DNA of 64,000 bases from the NCBI GenBank assembly GCA_965250285.1, contig OZ252299.1, positions 5,120,001-5,184,000 of the forward strand. Direction: 5' to 3'. Under the pieces are notes generated by a model. The model made no database searches, was not told the origin of the DNA, and was given only the letters and a program-made list of their open reading frames with translations. Below, in pieces: positions 1-9,687 of the stretch; the first letter of the stretch is position 1, and each line of letters starts with the position of its first letter. The position numbers and the translations under genes were made by a program. This stretch comes from Myxococcota bacterium. GTDB taxonomy: Bacteria > Myxococcota_A > UBA9160 > UBA4427.

Positions 1-720
1 GGGCGCGCGCTCGGGGAGCGGCGCCTGCACGCGGTCCCAATAGTCGTCTCGCTTCGGGCGATCGACCCAGGTGCGGTAGAAGTCGACCTCGCAGCGCGCG
101 ACGCGGTCGGCCTCGCGAACCGGCTCGAAGTCGAAGGCCCGGTCGAGGTCGAGCTGGCGCGCGTCGACGCCTTCGCGCCGACCGACGCCGGCCGCCCACT
201 CGACGGCGTTGGCGAACGAGAACACGCCGTGCGGATAGAAGAGGGGGTAGAGATCGCTGCTGCCGATGGCGATCGCGAGGGCGCCGACGCGACCCGGGCG
301 CAGCGCCGTCGCCGCCCAGGCACAGTGGGCGAGGTAGCTCGCACCGACGAGGCCGACCGGTCCATCGCTCCAGCTCTGGGTTTCGAGCCAGTCGAGCGTG
401 GCGGCGCCGTCTTCGGCCTCGTTCACGAAGGGCTCGAACTCGCCCTCGCTGGCGTAGCGGCCGCGCACGTCCTGCAGCACGACGTGAAAGCCATACTCGG
501 CGAGCAGTCGGCCGAGCCAGACGAGCGTCGGCGGACGAATCCAGGTGCCGTACGGCGAACGCAGCACGACCGTGGGCGCGCGCCCTTCGATGCCGATCGG
601 CCACACGTGTGTCGTGGCCAGTCGGACGCCATCGGGCAGCTCGACGGCGATCGACTCGACGTCGCTTCGACACCGGGGCCGCGGCAGCCCGAGGACGCGG
701 CGCATCCAGCGGTGGATCAT
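1..720 (-). CDS. CocE/NonD family hydrolase (runs off the left edge, partial)
   Basis: Manual translation from ATG at 720 gives MIHRWMRR...PDGVRLAT...LRSPYG...QDVRGRYASEG...GLVGASY, the CocE/NonD motifs. ATGA overlap with the stop of the upstream gene (717-720). Not in the ORF track because it has no stop in the window. Confidence 0.88.
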   Translation of the reverse strand, partial: MIHRWMRRVLGLPRPRCRSDVESIAVELPDGVRLATTHVWPIGIEGRAPTVVLRSPYGTWIRPPTLVWLGRLLAEYGFHVVLQDVRGRYASEGEFEPFVNEAEDGAATLDWLETQSWSDGPVGLVGASYLAHCAWAATALRPGRVGALAIAIGSSDLYPLFYPHGVFSFANAVEWAAGVGRREGVDARQLDLDRAFDFEPVREADRVARCEVDFYRTWVDRPKRDDYWDRVQAPLPERAP

Positions 721-1928
721 GCGTCGGTCGACGGCGCACCGTCTTCGCTGTCGTCGGTTTCGTCGTCGTCCACAGCGATCGGGCGCGGGCGTTCGTTCTC
801 GTCGGATACGTTGACGCCGACGCGAAAGAGTCGCTCGAGCGATACCCGCCGCAGCAGATCGGCGGCGGGCATCGACGTGATGCGCGCGATCTCTTCGAGA
901 CCGAGCGATGCGACGCGGGCCGCCTTCTCGATGGTCGAGGGCAGGGTCTCGGCGTCGCTCAGCTCGAGGCGATCGGCCACGGCGACGCGGTTCGCCAGCG
1001 CGATGAAGGCGTAGAAGAAGCCCTGCCGCTCGTCGACGTCGAGCTCGGCCACGGTGCGGAACAGCAGCGAGCCCGCCTGCGCGCTCGCGGGCAGGTCGGT
1101 GATCCAGACCGGCATCGCCCAGCGCTCGAGGTCGAGCGCCGACGCGTCGACCGGCAGGTCGCCGAAGCGGTCGCTGCGCAGGAAGCCATAGATGCGCATC
1201 GACTCGTCCCAGCTGGGGAAGCCGAGATCTTCGAGCCGGCCGGTGCGCCAGCGCAGCGACCACTCCTCGAGATCGAAGGGCAGCTCGTGCTCGGCGGCCT
1301 GCAGCAGTCGGAAGTACAGCCAGTAGTCGTGCTGGAAGAGCGTGCGCAGCATCGCGAGCAGGGGCTCGAGATCGTCGTTCTCATCGCGCGCGACGATGTA
1401 GAACTGCCCGTCGATCGTCTGGCCGCCTTCGGGTGCCTGCCAGTCGTCGTCGGTGCCGGCCGGCTTGAGGTCGACCGTCACGTGGTGCTTCACGTAGAGC
1501 GCGATCAGCTCGCTGTCGATCGCGCGGGCGGAGCGCAGGATCGTCTCGGACCCCGCTTCGGCGAGACTCGCAAACCACAAGTCGAGCCTGGCCGGGCTCG
1601 GCCGCAGGTCTTCGAAGGCATCGAGGTCGACACAGGCCACGATCTGATGCTCGGTCGCGTGACTCAGCAGCCACGCCGCATCCTCGACGCCGATCGCCTT
1701 GCAGGTGAAGCACAGCTCGGCTTCGGGCAGCAGCGGGACGATCTGCTCGGGGTGCGAGACGAGATCGAGGAGCGCGCGGCGCTGCGCGATCGGTGCCTCG
1801 CACACGACCGCGGCCTGCGCCTCGGCCTCGAGGTCGTCGAGCAGCGTGCGGGCCGCCGCACGGTCTTCGCGCGCGAGCTTCAGCAGCGCGCGCACGTCGG
1901 GCAGGAGTGTGTCGGGAGCATTGGACAT
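717..1928 (-). CDS. DUF6178-like hypothetical protein
   Basis: ORF 717..2009, likely start MSNAPD at 1928. Segments such as RWRTGRLEDLGFP and LANRVAVAD recall the DUF6178 family (recognition only). Confidence 0.65.
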   Translation of the reverse strand: MSNAPDTLLPDVRALLKLAREDRAAARTLLDDLEAEAQAAVVCEAPIAQRRALLDLVSHPEQIVPLLPEAELCFTCKAIGVEDAAWLLSHATEHQIVACVDLDAFEDLRPSPARLDLWFASLAEAGSETILRSARAIDSELIALYVKHHVTVDLKPAGTDDDWQAPEGGQTIDGQFYIVARDENDDLEPLLAMLRTLFQHDYWLYFRLLQAAEHELPFDLEEWSLRWRTGRLEDLGFPSWDESMRIYGFLRSDRFGDLPVDASALDLERWAMPVWITDLPASAQAGSLLFRTVAELDVDERQGFFYAFIALANRVAVADRLELSDAETLPSTIEKAARVASLGLEEIARITSMPAADLLRRVSLERLFRVGVNVSDENERPRPIAVDDDETDDSEDGAPSTDA

Positions 1929-2046
1929 GGCGGGCCCTTCAAGATGCCGAAAACCACGCGGAGGTGCCCCTGCGTCCGAATCGCCGGCCGTCGCGCCCGC
2001 CAGCGCCACCAGGACGTCGTGGGCCCCGCGCTATGGTCGATGGGCG

Positions 2047-2685
2047 ATGATCGAGATGGATGACATCCGAAGACGCCTGGCGGACTTCGACTCGGAGGAG
2101 ATCGACACGACCGGTCGGCGCCAGGCGGGCGTAGCGCTGATCCTGCGTGAGCGCGACGCCGGCCCCGAGGTGCTCTTCATCGAGCGGGCGCGGCGGGCCG
2201 GCGATCCATGGTCGGGACACATGGCGTTTCCCGGCGGCCGGCTCGAGCCCCAGGATGAGCACATCCGGGCGACGGCAGAGCGCGAGACCACCGAGGAGAT
2301 CGGGCTCTCGCTCGAGACGGCCGATCATCTGGGCCATTTGGGCGACGTGCTCGGCAATCCCCGGGTCCAGACCGATCTGGTGATCAGCGCCCACGTCTAC
2401 CAGGTCGAGCCCGAGGTGCCGCCGCTCGTACTCGAGGCGAGCGAGGTCGCCGCGGCGCTGTGGTTTCCCGTGGCCGATCTGCATGATCCGGCCCGCCACG
2501 TGCACTTCGCGACGCCGCCGCTCGAGCGCTTACGTTTTCCGGGGATCGAGGTCGGTGTGCCCGAGCGGCAGGTCGTCTGGGGCCTGACTTACCGATTTCT
2601 CGACATCTTCTTCGATGCGCTCGGTCGACCTCTCCCCGATCGCTGGGGCGAATTGAACCGCCGCCAGGAGCGGTTTCGGTCGTAG
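2047..2685 (+). CDS. Nudix hydrolase, CoA pyrophosphatase type
   Basis: DPWSGHMAFPGG followed by the Nudix box (...AERETTEEIGL) and C-terminal VWGLT. Confidence 0.88.
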   Translation: MIEMDDIRRRLADFDSEEIDTTGRRQAGVALILRERDAGPEVLFIERARRAGDPWSGHMAFPGGRLEPQDEHIRATAERETTEEIGLSLETADHLGHLGDVLGNPRVQTDLVISAHVYQVEPEVPPLVLEASEVAAALWFPVADLHDPARHVHFATPPLERLRFPGIEVGVPERQVVWGLTYRFLDIFFDALGRPLPDRWGELNRRQERFRS

Positions 2686-2912
2686 GGCCGCGGATGCTCG
2701 GCGTGGCCCGCGACGCTTTTCTTGGGCCGCGGCTCTTCTCTTGGGCCGCGACGCTTCGTGTGGCCCGCGGCGCTTTTCTTGGGCCGCGGCGCTTCGTGTG
2801 GCCCGCCGCGATTTCTTTGGGCCCGCGGCGCTTCGTGTGGCCCGCCGCGATTTCTTTGGGCCCGCGGTGCTTCGTGTGGCGCGCGGCGGTTTCTTTGGGC
2901 CCGCGGTGCTTC
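2685..2912. repeat. Tandem array of 38-39 bp imperfect palindromic (REP-like) units
   Basis: GGGCC-initiated units start at 2685, 2724 (19-bp half unit), 2743, 2781, 2819, 2858 and 2897. Consensus is about GGGCCGCGGCGCTTCGTGTGGCCCGCCGCGATTTCTTT. Lies between convergent genes. Confidence 0.9.
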
Positions 2913-2927
2913 GACGCGGGGGTGGCC

Positions 2928-3608
2928 TCAGCTCGAGATCGGTCGACCGGCGACGACCGACAGCGCGAGGCCCACCTGACCGGCGTAGTAGAGCGGCAGC
3001 CCCCAGAGACTGCTCGCGGGGGATGGGTCGACGAACTGGCGTCGCGCGACCGCGAGGTCGGAGACGCAGAAGAGCGTCGCCCCCAGCGCGATCGCGATCC
3101 CGCCCGAGCCGGGCTCGAAGCCGACCGCGAAGCTCGCCCCCATCGCGAGCGACTCCATCACCGAGATCACGACCACGTACGCGATCACGGGCCCGACCAT
3201 GTCCGGCGGGAGATGGGGCCGGAGCCAGCGCCAGACCCAGAACGCCACCGGTACCAGGACGGCGATCGCAACGCCGACGGGTCGGCCCGCGATGCCGAGC
3301 GCGAGGAACGCCGCCGCGTAGGCGACGTGGCCGAGCAGAAAGCTGCCGAGACCGGCGAGAAAGAACCGGGGCTGGTCGCCGGCCAGCAGGAAGACGTCGC
3401 CGAAGAAGCTCAGCACGAGTCCCGCGAAGATCAGGGGCCCGTACGTGTGACCGGGCTCGAGCGCGCCCATCCACACGGCCAGGACGAGAAAACCCACGCT
3501 GGCCAAGGGCTTGAAGACGATGCTGCCGCCGCGCAGATCCCTCATCTCGCTGATCACCAGCCCGGCTACGAGGGCGGCGATCAAGCCGATCGCGATCAGC
3601 CCGGTCAT
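2928..3608 (-). CDS. YhhN family membrane protein (lysoplasmalogenase-like)
   Basis: Hydrophobic multi-TM protein with KP, GDVFLL, FLLGHVAY, FCVSD and YYAGQ motifs. Confidence 0.88.
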   Translation of the reverse strand: MTGLIAIGLIAALVAGLVISEMRDLRGGSIVFKPLASVGFLVLAVWMGALEPGHTYGPLIFAGLVLSFFGDVFLLAGDQPRFFLAGLGSFLLGHVAYAAAFLALGIAGRPVGVAIAVLVPVAFWVWRWLRPHLPPDMVGPVIAYVVVISVMESLAMGASFAVGFEPGSGGIAIALGATLFCVSDLAVARRQFVDPSPASSLWGLPLYYAGQVGLALSVVAGRPISS

Positions 3609-3790
3609 GATTCGGACGCACGCTCTTCGCGTTCGGCTCGCGTGGGCTCGAAGCCGGTGCATCGGGCGACCGGGAGCGGCGGGTAGCGCGGATACCGCTC
3701 GTCTTCGTCGGCCCGGGCGCAGCGGTGGAACGTGCTGCCCTTCGCGCTGCGGTGGACGAGGCGGTGTGTACACGCGTGGCAGAGGCCCAC
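3605..3790 (-). CDS. Small Cys-rich hypothetical protein (start uncertain)
   Basis: GLCHACTH...GSTFHRC...YPRYPPLPVARCTGFE. Its stop overlaps the YhhN start (ATGA). GTG at 3790 is taken as the start. Confidence 0.6.
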   Translation of the reverse strand: MGLCHACTHRLVHRSAKGSTFHRCARADEDERYPRYPPLPVARCTGFEPTRAEREERASES

Positions 3791-4013
3791 GGTGTGTCTT
3801 TCTTCAGCGTCGCTTTCGCCGGACGAGATCGCCGTTGCCTCCGGGGCGGGGTCGGGGGAGTCTATCGCGGTCGCGGTGCGGCGCGGTCGCGCGCCCGGCG
3901 GATGGCCGTGACCCGAAGCCGCGACGGGGCTCGGCTGAATGAACGCCGCAGCGGCCCGAGATCGAACGAGAGAAGTCGAGACGCAAGAGAAAAAGAAGGA
4001 GTCCACCTCCGGC

Positions 4014-4901
4014 ATGTCTGACGACGCGTCCCCGTTTCGCCGCCGCCTCGAGCGGATCGCCGAGCTCGCCGAACGAGCCCTCGGCGAGTGGCTCGGCGCA
4101 GCGCCCCCGGCCGAGCTCTTCGCGGCGCATCACGCCTTTCGCTGGGAGGCAGATCGCGGGGCGGGTCGGCTCGTGCCGATCGACCGGCCGGCGAAGTTCG
4201 ATCTCGACGACCTGATCGGGGTCGACGCGGCCGTCGAACGCTTCGACCGCAATACGCGGCAGTTTCTGGCCGGGCTGCCGTGCAACGATGTCCTGCTCTA
4301 CGGCGAGCGGGGCACGGGCAAGTCTTCGTCGGTGCGGGGGGTGCTGGCGCGGTACGGTGATCGCGGTCTGCGCGTCGTCGAGGTCGATCGGCGCGACCTC
4401 GTCCACCTGCCGAAGATCCTGCGGGCGCTGCGGGGCGGCGCCGACTATCGCTTCATCGTCTTCTGCGACGACCTGTCTTTCGGTCCGCGAGAAGCGGGCT
4501 ACCGCGAGCTGAAGGCCGCGCTCGAGGGCAGCCTCGAGGCACCGGCGGGCAACATCTGCATCGTCGCGACGAGCAACCGCCGCCATCTCGTGCCCGAGAC
4601 GATGGCCGAGAACCGCGAGGCCCGGGTCGACGCCGAGGGCGAGCTGCACCTCGGTGAGGCCCTCGAGGAGAAGCTCGCGCTGGCAGATCGATTCGGCCTG
4701 CGGCTCGGCTTCTTCAACTTCGATCAGACGACCTACCTCGAGATCGTCTCACACTACCTGGCCCAGGCGGGGTTCCCGACGCTCGACGACGAGGTGCGGC
4801 GCGACGCGCTGCGCTGGGCGCTCGAGCGCGGCAGTCGGTCGGGACGCACGGCCCGCCAGTTCGTGGATGACGTCGTGGGGCGTCGCGCGCTCGGCGACTG
4901 A
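4014..4901 (+). CDS. DUF815 family AAA+ ATP-binding protein
   Basis: Walker A GERGTGKSS, FCDDLSF, ATSNRRHL, EEKLALADRFGL and SRSGRTARQF. Confidence 0.9.
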   Translation: MSDDASPFRRRLERIAELAERALGEWLGAAPPAELFAAHHAFRWEADRGAGRLVPIDRPAKFDLDDLIGVDAAVERFDRNTRQFLAGLPCNDVLLYGERGTGKSSSVRGVLARYGDRGLRVVEVDRRDLVHLPKILRALRGGADYRFIVFCDDLSFGPREAGYRELKAALEGSLEAPAGNICIVATSNRRHLVPETMAENREARVDAEGELHLGEALEEKLALADRFGLRLGFFNFDQTTYLEIVSHYLAQAGFPTLDDEVRRDALRWALERGSRSGRTARQFVDDVVGRRALGD

Positions 4902-4987
4902 CGCGCCTGGCAGGTCCGACTCGGGCCGGGCCTTTCGGCGGCGCGGTTCGCGCGGCTTCGATGGCTTGGGCTGACTTCGGCCCGGGC

Positions 4988-6172
4988 TCAGATGACGTCG
5001 AGCTCGCGTCCGACCTTCTTGATGGCGGCGAGCGACTGGTCGAGGTGCTCGCGGTTGTGCGTCGCCATGTACGAGGTGCGAATCATCGCCTGCCCGGGCG
5101 GGACCGCGGGGGTCACGATCGGGTTCACGAACACGCCCTCCTCGAGCAGCCGCTTCGACATCGCGAAGGTCGTGATGTCGTCGCCCACGGCGATCGGGAT
5201 CACCGGCGACTCAGACGGACCGGTGTCGAAACCGAGCGTCTGCAGCTCGCGCATCATGTAGTCGGTGGTCTCCCAGAGCCGCTTTCGCCGCTCGGGCTCG
5301 TTCTCGAGGATGTCGATGGCCTTGACCACCGCCGCAGCGGCCGACGGCGGCATCGCCGCCGAGAAGATCCCCGAGCGGGCGTGGTGCCGGATGTAGTCGA
5401 TCACCGGGGCGCTGCCTGCGATGAAGCCGCCGACGGTGGCCAGCGACTTCGAGAAGGTGCCGCCGATCAGGTCGACCTTCTCCTCGAGCCCGAAGTGCTC
5501 TGCGACGCCGCGACCGTGCGTGCCGAACACGCCGACGCCGTGCGCGTCGTCGACGAACACGCGGGCGCCGTAGTCGCGGGCGAGGCGCGTGATCTCGGGC
5601 AGGTTGGCGATGTCGCCTTCCATCGAGAAGACGCCGTCGACGACGATCAGCTTGCCCTTCTTGTCGTCGATGCGGGCGAGCTTGGCCTCGAGGTCGGCCA
5701 TGTCGTTGTGGCGGTACTTCAGGGTCTTGCAGAAGCCCAGGCGCACGCCGTCGATGATCGAGGCGTGATCCATGTTGTCGAGCACGGCGACGTCGTGGCG
5801 GCCGAGCAGGCACGACAGCACGCCCAGGTTCACCTGGTAGCCGGTCGAGAACGTCAGCACGGCTTCGGCGTTCATGAAGCGCGAAAGGCGCTCTTCGAGC
5901 TCGACGTGCAGGTCGAGGGTGCCGTTTAAGAAACGCGAGCCGGCACAGCCGGTGCCGTATTTCCGCAACGCTTCGGCCGAAGCCTCCTTGACGGCTTCGT
6001 GGTTCGTCAGCCCGAGATAGTTGTTCGAGCCGAGCATGATCACCTTCTGCCCGTTGATCGTGACCACCGGGTCCTGGGGCGAGGAGATCGTGCGGAAATA
6101 CGGGTACAGCGACGCGGCCCGCAGCTCGCGGTGAAGCGTGTAGTCGGTGCACTTTTGCAGAATGTCGGCCAT
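4988..6172 (-). CDS. spt: PLP-dependent alpha-oxoamine synthase, most like serine palmitoyltransferase
   Basis: GSNNYLGL, YGTGCAGSRFLNGT, DHASI, DGVFSMEGD, DDAHG and GTFSKS (PLP Lys). The N-terminal LYPYFR and overall pattern resemble Bacteroides-type Spt. GGAGG SD upstream. Confidence 0.75.
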   Translation of the reverse strand: MADILQKCTDYTLHRELRAASLYPYFRTISSPQDPVVTINGQKVIMLGSNNYLGLTNHEAVKEASAEALRKYGTGCAGSRFLNGTLDLHVELEERLSRFMNAEAVLTFSTGYQVNLGVLSCLLGRHDVAVLDNMDHASIIDGVRLGFCKTLKYRHNDMADLEAKLARIDDKKGKLIVVDGVFSMEGDIANLPEITRLARDYGARVFVDDAHGVGVFGTHGRGVAEHFGLEEKVDLIGGTFSKSLATVGGFIAGSAPVIDYIRHHARSGIFSAAMPPSAAAAVVKAIDILENEPERRKRLWETTDYMMRELQTLGFDTGPSESPVIPIAVGDDITTFAMSKRLLEEGVFVNPIVTPAVPPGQAMIRTSYMATHNREHLDQSLAAIKKVGRELDVI

Positions 6173-6698
6173 CTCGGGCTACCTCCAGGGACACGGTCCC
6201 CGTTCGTTCGCAGCACGCACTGCGCGCGGCTAACGACCGGTGGGTCGGGTCTCTCCGATCGGGATCGCTGCGGCGTGCGAGTGATTGCGCGTGGGCATCT
6301 GGTCTCGAACCTCGAAGCCGCCTGGTCAGCGATCGATCTGTTGGGGGGAGCGCGTTGGGAGCGAGGGGGCTCCGCATGCGCGGCGAAGGTTACCCCAGCG
6401 AAAAGTGGACCGTCATCACAATTCAACCGGTGGATACCCCTCGGGGAATATCAGAACCGATTCGCAACAGATCGCGGATCGCGCCGACACCCGGCCTCTC
6501 GTCCCGCTGAGCTCGTCCTCAACTGGCGATTTCGGGCTTCGAGTCTGATTCTTTCAGTTTGCCCCCTGGCTCACCGCTACCGTTGCCACTGCCATGAGAC
6601 TGCAAGCCCCGAAAGTCCGGCGGACGTGCGGATGCCAGCCCACCCCGGGTTACGCATCCCGCACGACCGTATCGACGCGGCGACGACGAGAGAGTGAG

Positions 6699-7625
6699 AT
6701 GCCGGTGCGGCTCACCCTGCTTCTCATCGTGGTGTCGGTCGCGTGCGGCTTCAGCACCGCCGTGTGGGCCGAAGAAGCCGCAGGCGTTTCGACCAATTCG
6801 CGGGAGGCGTCCGAGTCGCCGTCCCCCGTTGCGGGCGACGTCGACGCCGCTTCGAGTGTGACGCCGGGCACACTTGCGATGTCGACGGACGAGCCCGACT
6901 GGGAAGACGACTGGGACGATTGGGACGACGAGCTCGATACCGTGCCCCAGGGCTACAGCGATCCCTTCGAGCCGGTCAATCGCGTAACGCTCTCGTTCAA
7001 CAACGCGATCGACCGCCTCGTGCTCGACCCGGTGACGCGGCTCTACCGCTTCTCGCTGCCCGACTTCTCGCGTCAGGCGATCGTGCGCATCCTCAACAAC
7101 GTCAACTCGCCGCAGGTGATGGTGAACGACGCGCTGCAGCTCGAGTGGCGGGACGCGGGGGTGATCACCTCGCGGCTGCTGCTCAACTCGACCGCCGGCC
7201 TGGGCGGCATCTTCGACGTGGCCCAGCCCATGGGTCTCGAGCACCACGAATCGGATTTCGGTCAGACCCTGACGCTCGCGGGTGTGCCGGCCGGGACCTA
7301 TCTCGTGCTGCCGATGTTCGGCCCGGCCAACATGCGCGACACGATCGGGATCGGGGTCGACGCCCTGCTCCACCCCACCTTCTACCTGCTGCCCGGTACC
7401 GATCTGCTGCTCTTCGGGGGCTCGGCGGGCGTGGTGACGCGCGCGCGGCACTTCGAGGAGATCCAGGCGCTGAAGGAGAGCTCGGTCGACGTGTACTCGG
7501 CGCTGCGCAGCGGGTACTACCAGAACCGGCAGGCCGAGATCTGGAGCCGCCGCGAGGGGCGTCGCCCCCCCGAGCGCGAACCGGTCCGCGATCTCGACCC
7601 GACCTTCGACGAAGGCGACCTCTGA
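6699..7625 (+). CDS. mlaA: MlaA/VacJ family lipid asymmetry protein
   Basis: DPFEPVNR...FN, RLLLNSTAGLGGIFDVA, DFGQTL and YLVLPMFGPANMRD, with an N-terminal signal peptide. Confidence 0.9.
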   Translation: MPVRLTLLLIVVSVACGFSTAVWAEEAAGVSTNSREASESPSPVAGDVDAASSVTPGTLAMSTDEPDWEDDWDDWDDELDTVPQGYSDPFEPVNRVTLSFNNAIDRLVLDPVTRLYRFSLPDFSRQAIVRILNNVNSPQVMVNDALQLEWRDAGVITSRLLLNSTAGLGGIFDVAQPMGLEHHESDFGQTLTLAGVPAGTYLVLPMFGPANMRDTIGIGVDALLHPTFYLLPGTDLLLFGGSAGVVTRARHFEEIQALKESSVDVYSALRSGYYQNRQAEIWSRREGRRPPEREPVRDLDPTFDEGDL

Positions 7626-7661
7626 GGGAGCGGCGGCGCGAGCCCGTCGCCGGCGACCCGC

Positions 7662-8342
7662 TCAGCCGTCGTTCCCGTCTTCGCGCAGATCCGAGATCTT
7701 CTTGTCGATCGCCGTCGCCAGCTTCTCGAAGCCGTCGCGCTTGAGGGTCGACGAGTACTCCGAGCGTCGCAGGGCGAGCTCGCTGACCGTGCCCTTCAGG
7801 TAGACGTCGATGATGCGCCAGCCGTCCCGGGTCTGGCGCAGCCGGTAGCTCAGGTCGACGTCTTCGTCCCCGGGCACGGTCACCCGGGTCAGCACCATCA
7901 CGGTGTCGCGGGCGGCAGGCTCGTTGCCGAGGGTCTCGAAGGCCTCGCCCGAGTAGCCGGTGAAGCGCCCGGCGTAGTTGCTGACGGTGAGCTGCTCGAA
8001 CTTCTCGCGCCACGCTTTCTGCTGCTCGGCGGAGAGCTGCTTCCACTGGCGGCCGACCGACTTCGACGACATGAAGTCGAGATCGAACGCGTTGTCCATG
8101 CGCGGCGCGAGATACTCGACGCGCTCGTCGAAGCTCAGGTCGCCCGAGCCCTTCATCATGTCCATCAGCGCGCCGTGAAAGGTCTCGACGACTTCGGTCG
8201 GCGTCGGCGCTGCGCTGGCCGTGGGCTCGCCTTCGGCACGCACCGGGAGGGCGGCGAAGAAGATCATCGTCGCGCAAGCGATCGCGCGCACGGTGCTCGA
8301 CCGGGTCGATCGAATTCGGGAGATGAAGGAAGGGACACGCAT
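7662..8342 (-). CDS. MlaC/Ttg2D (HpnM-like) periplasmic lipid-binding protein
   Basis: Signal peptide, FDLDFMS...VGRQW and WRIIDVYLKGTVSELALRRSEY. Confidence 0.85.
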   Translation of the reverse strand: MRVPSFISRIRSTRSSTVRAIACATMIFFAALPVRAEGEPTASAAPTPTEVVETFHGALMDMMKGSGDLSFDERVEYLAPRMDNAFDLDFMSSKSVGRQWKQLSAEQQKAWREKFEQLTVSNYAGRFTGYSGEAFETLGNEPAARDTVMVLTRVTVPGDEDVDLSYRLRQTRDGWRIIDVYLKGTVSELALRRSEYSSTLKRDGFEKLATAIDKKISDLREDGNDG

Positions 8343-8597
8343 CGTGATCGGTCTCTCGAGGGGGGGCGAGGTCCTGAGAAGCAGCTCATCGCAGCGGCTT
8401 GAATTCGCCGGCACGACGCGGCAAGCAGCCGCAAGACTAGCGAAGCGGAACGTCCACTCGGCTGCATCGCGGCGTGGCATTTGGGAGTCCGCGATCCACC
8501 GTTCCGTTCCACACCGCCTCAGGGCGTCCAGACGGGAGCCTGGGCGGGGGCGTGGGCGGATGTAGAGGCGTGCGCGCAGGCGTACGCAGAGGCGGGA

Positions 8598-8643
8598 GCG
8601 TGCGGTTACTCGCCCAGGGCGCGTGCGGTTACTCGCCCAGGGC
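8598..8643. repeat. Perfect 23-bp tandem duplication
   Basis: GCGTGCGGTTACTCGCCCAGGGC at 8598-8620 and 8621-8643. Confidence 0.9.
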
Positions 8644-9504
8644 GAATGCCGAGAGCGCCTCGGCAAAGCCCTCGGGATTGTCGGTCATGACCGAGTGTCC
8701 CGCCTGGGCCACCACGGCGAGCTTGCCCCGCCTGGTCGCTTCGTCCGCCATGCGATCGGCCGTGTCGGCGCTCACGATGTCGCTCGCTGCACCGCGCACG
8801 ACGAGCACGGGACATTCGAGCGCCTCGAGCCCCTTCCACATCGCCTCGGCGCGCTCGGCCTCCATCGCCGCGAGCGTCTCGGCGTCGGGCCCTTCGCCGT
8901 CGCCACCGACGGTCCGACGCAGGTTCGTATCCATCTTCAGCTGCCAGCGGCCGTCCTCGCCCTGCCGCAGCTGATGCTTCGCCATGCGCTGGATCGCTTC
9001 GGGCGTCGCGGCCGGGTAGGCGTGCGCCAGCATCGTCTCGTACTGCGACACGCGATCGAAGACCGGCGTCACGTTCTGGGCCGTATCCATCGAGATTCGG
9101 ACAGCGCCTCGGCGGTCGATCTCGGGTGCGGAGTCGACGATCACCAGACCGGCGATGCGTTCGGCCGCTTCGCCGGCGAGCAGCATCGACACCCGGCCCC
9201 CCAGCGAGTGCGCGACGATGACGACGCGCTCGATCCCGAGCTGATCGAGCATCGATTGCACGTCGCCGACCATGTCGGCGTAGTCGTACTTGCCCTCGGG
9301 GTGCCAGTCGCTGTCGCCGTGTCCCCTCAGGTCCATCGCGAGCACGCGGTAGTAGGGGGCGAGCAGCGGGGCGACGTCATCCCAGATGTGGGCCTCGTTC
9401 GAGAAGCCGTGGATGAAGAGCAGCGCCGTGCCCTCGGCGCTCCATTCGAGCACGTTGAGGGTCAGGCCGGAGTCGACGGGCACACGCAGGGACTTGGGTT
9501 CCAT
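8629..9504 (-). CDS. Alpha/beta fold hydrolase
   Basis: IHG, DLRGHGDS, nucleophile elbow AHSLGG and catalytic His in AGHSV. Confidence 0.9.
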   Translation of the reverse strand: MEPKSLRVPVDSGLTLNVLEWSAEGTALLFIHGFSNEAHIWDDVAPLLAPYYRVLAMDLRGHGDSDWHPEGKYDYADMVGDVQSMLDQLGIERVVIVAHSLGGRVSMLLAGEAAERIAGLVIVDSAPEIDRRGAVRISMDTAQNVTPVFDRVSQYETMLAHAYPAATPEAIQRMAKHQLRQGEDGRWQLKMDTNLRRTVGGDGEGPDAETLAAMEAERAEAMWKGLEALECPVLVVRGAASDIVSADTADRMADEATRRGKLAVVAQAGHSVMTDNPEGFAEALSAFALGE

Positions 9505-9687
9505 GCCGCGAGTCTAACGCGGCCCGGGCGCCGCGAGCGGGTCGACGCGCGCGCTTCGCTGCGACTGGAAAATGCTGCTGATCCGGGACGTTGAGCGCAA
9601 TCAAGGTCGAAGGTTGAATGGCTCTTCAATCAGGATCGGCGCTCGGCTGTGCGCTAGGTTGGGCTCCCCCGCGAACCGGAGACAGCC

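Noticed and set aside
2685..2912. CRISPR array
   Set aside because: The units are contiguous with no unique spacers, the repeats are degenerate, and no cas genes are in the window.
4988..6172. bioF or kbl assignment
   Set aside because: No bio or tdh genes are adjacent and the motif pattern is closer to Spt; phylogeny is needed for certainty.
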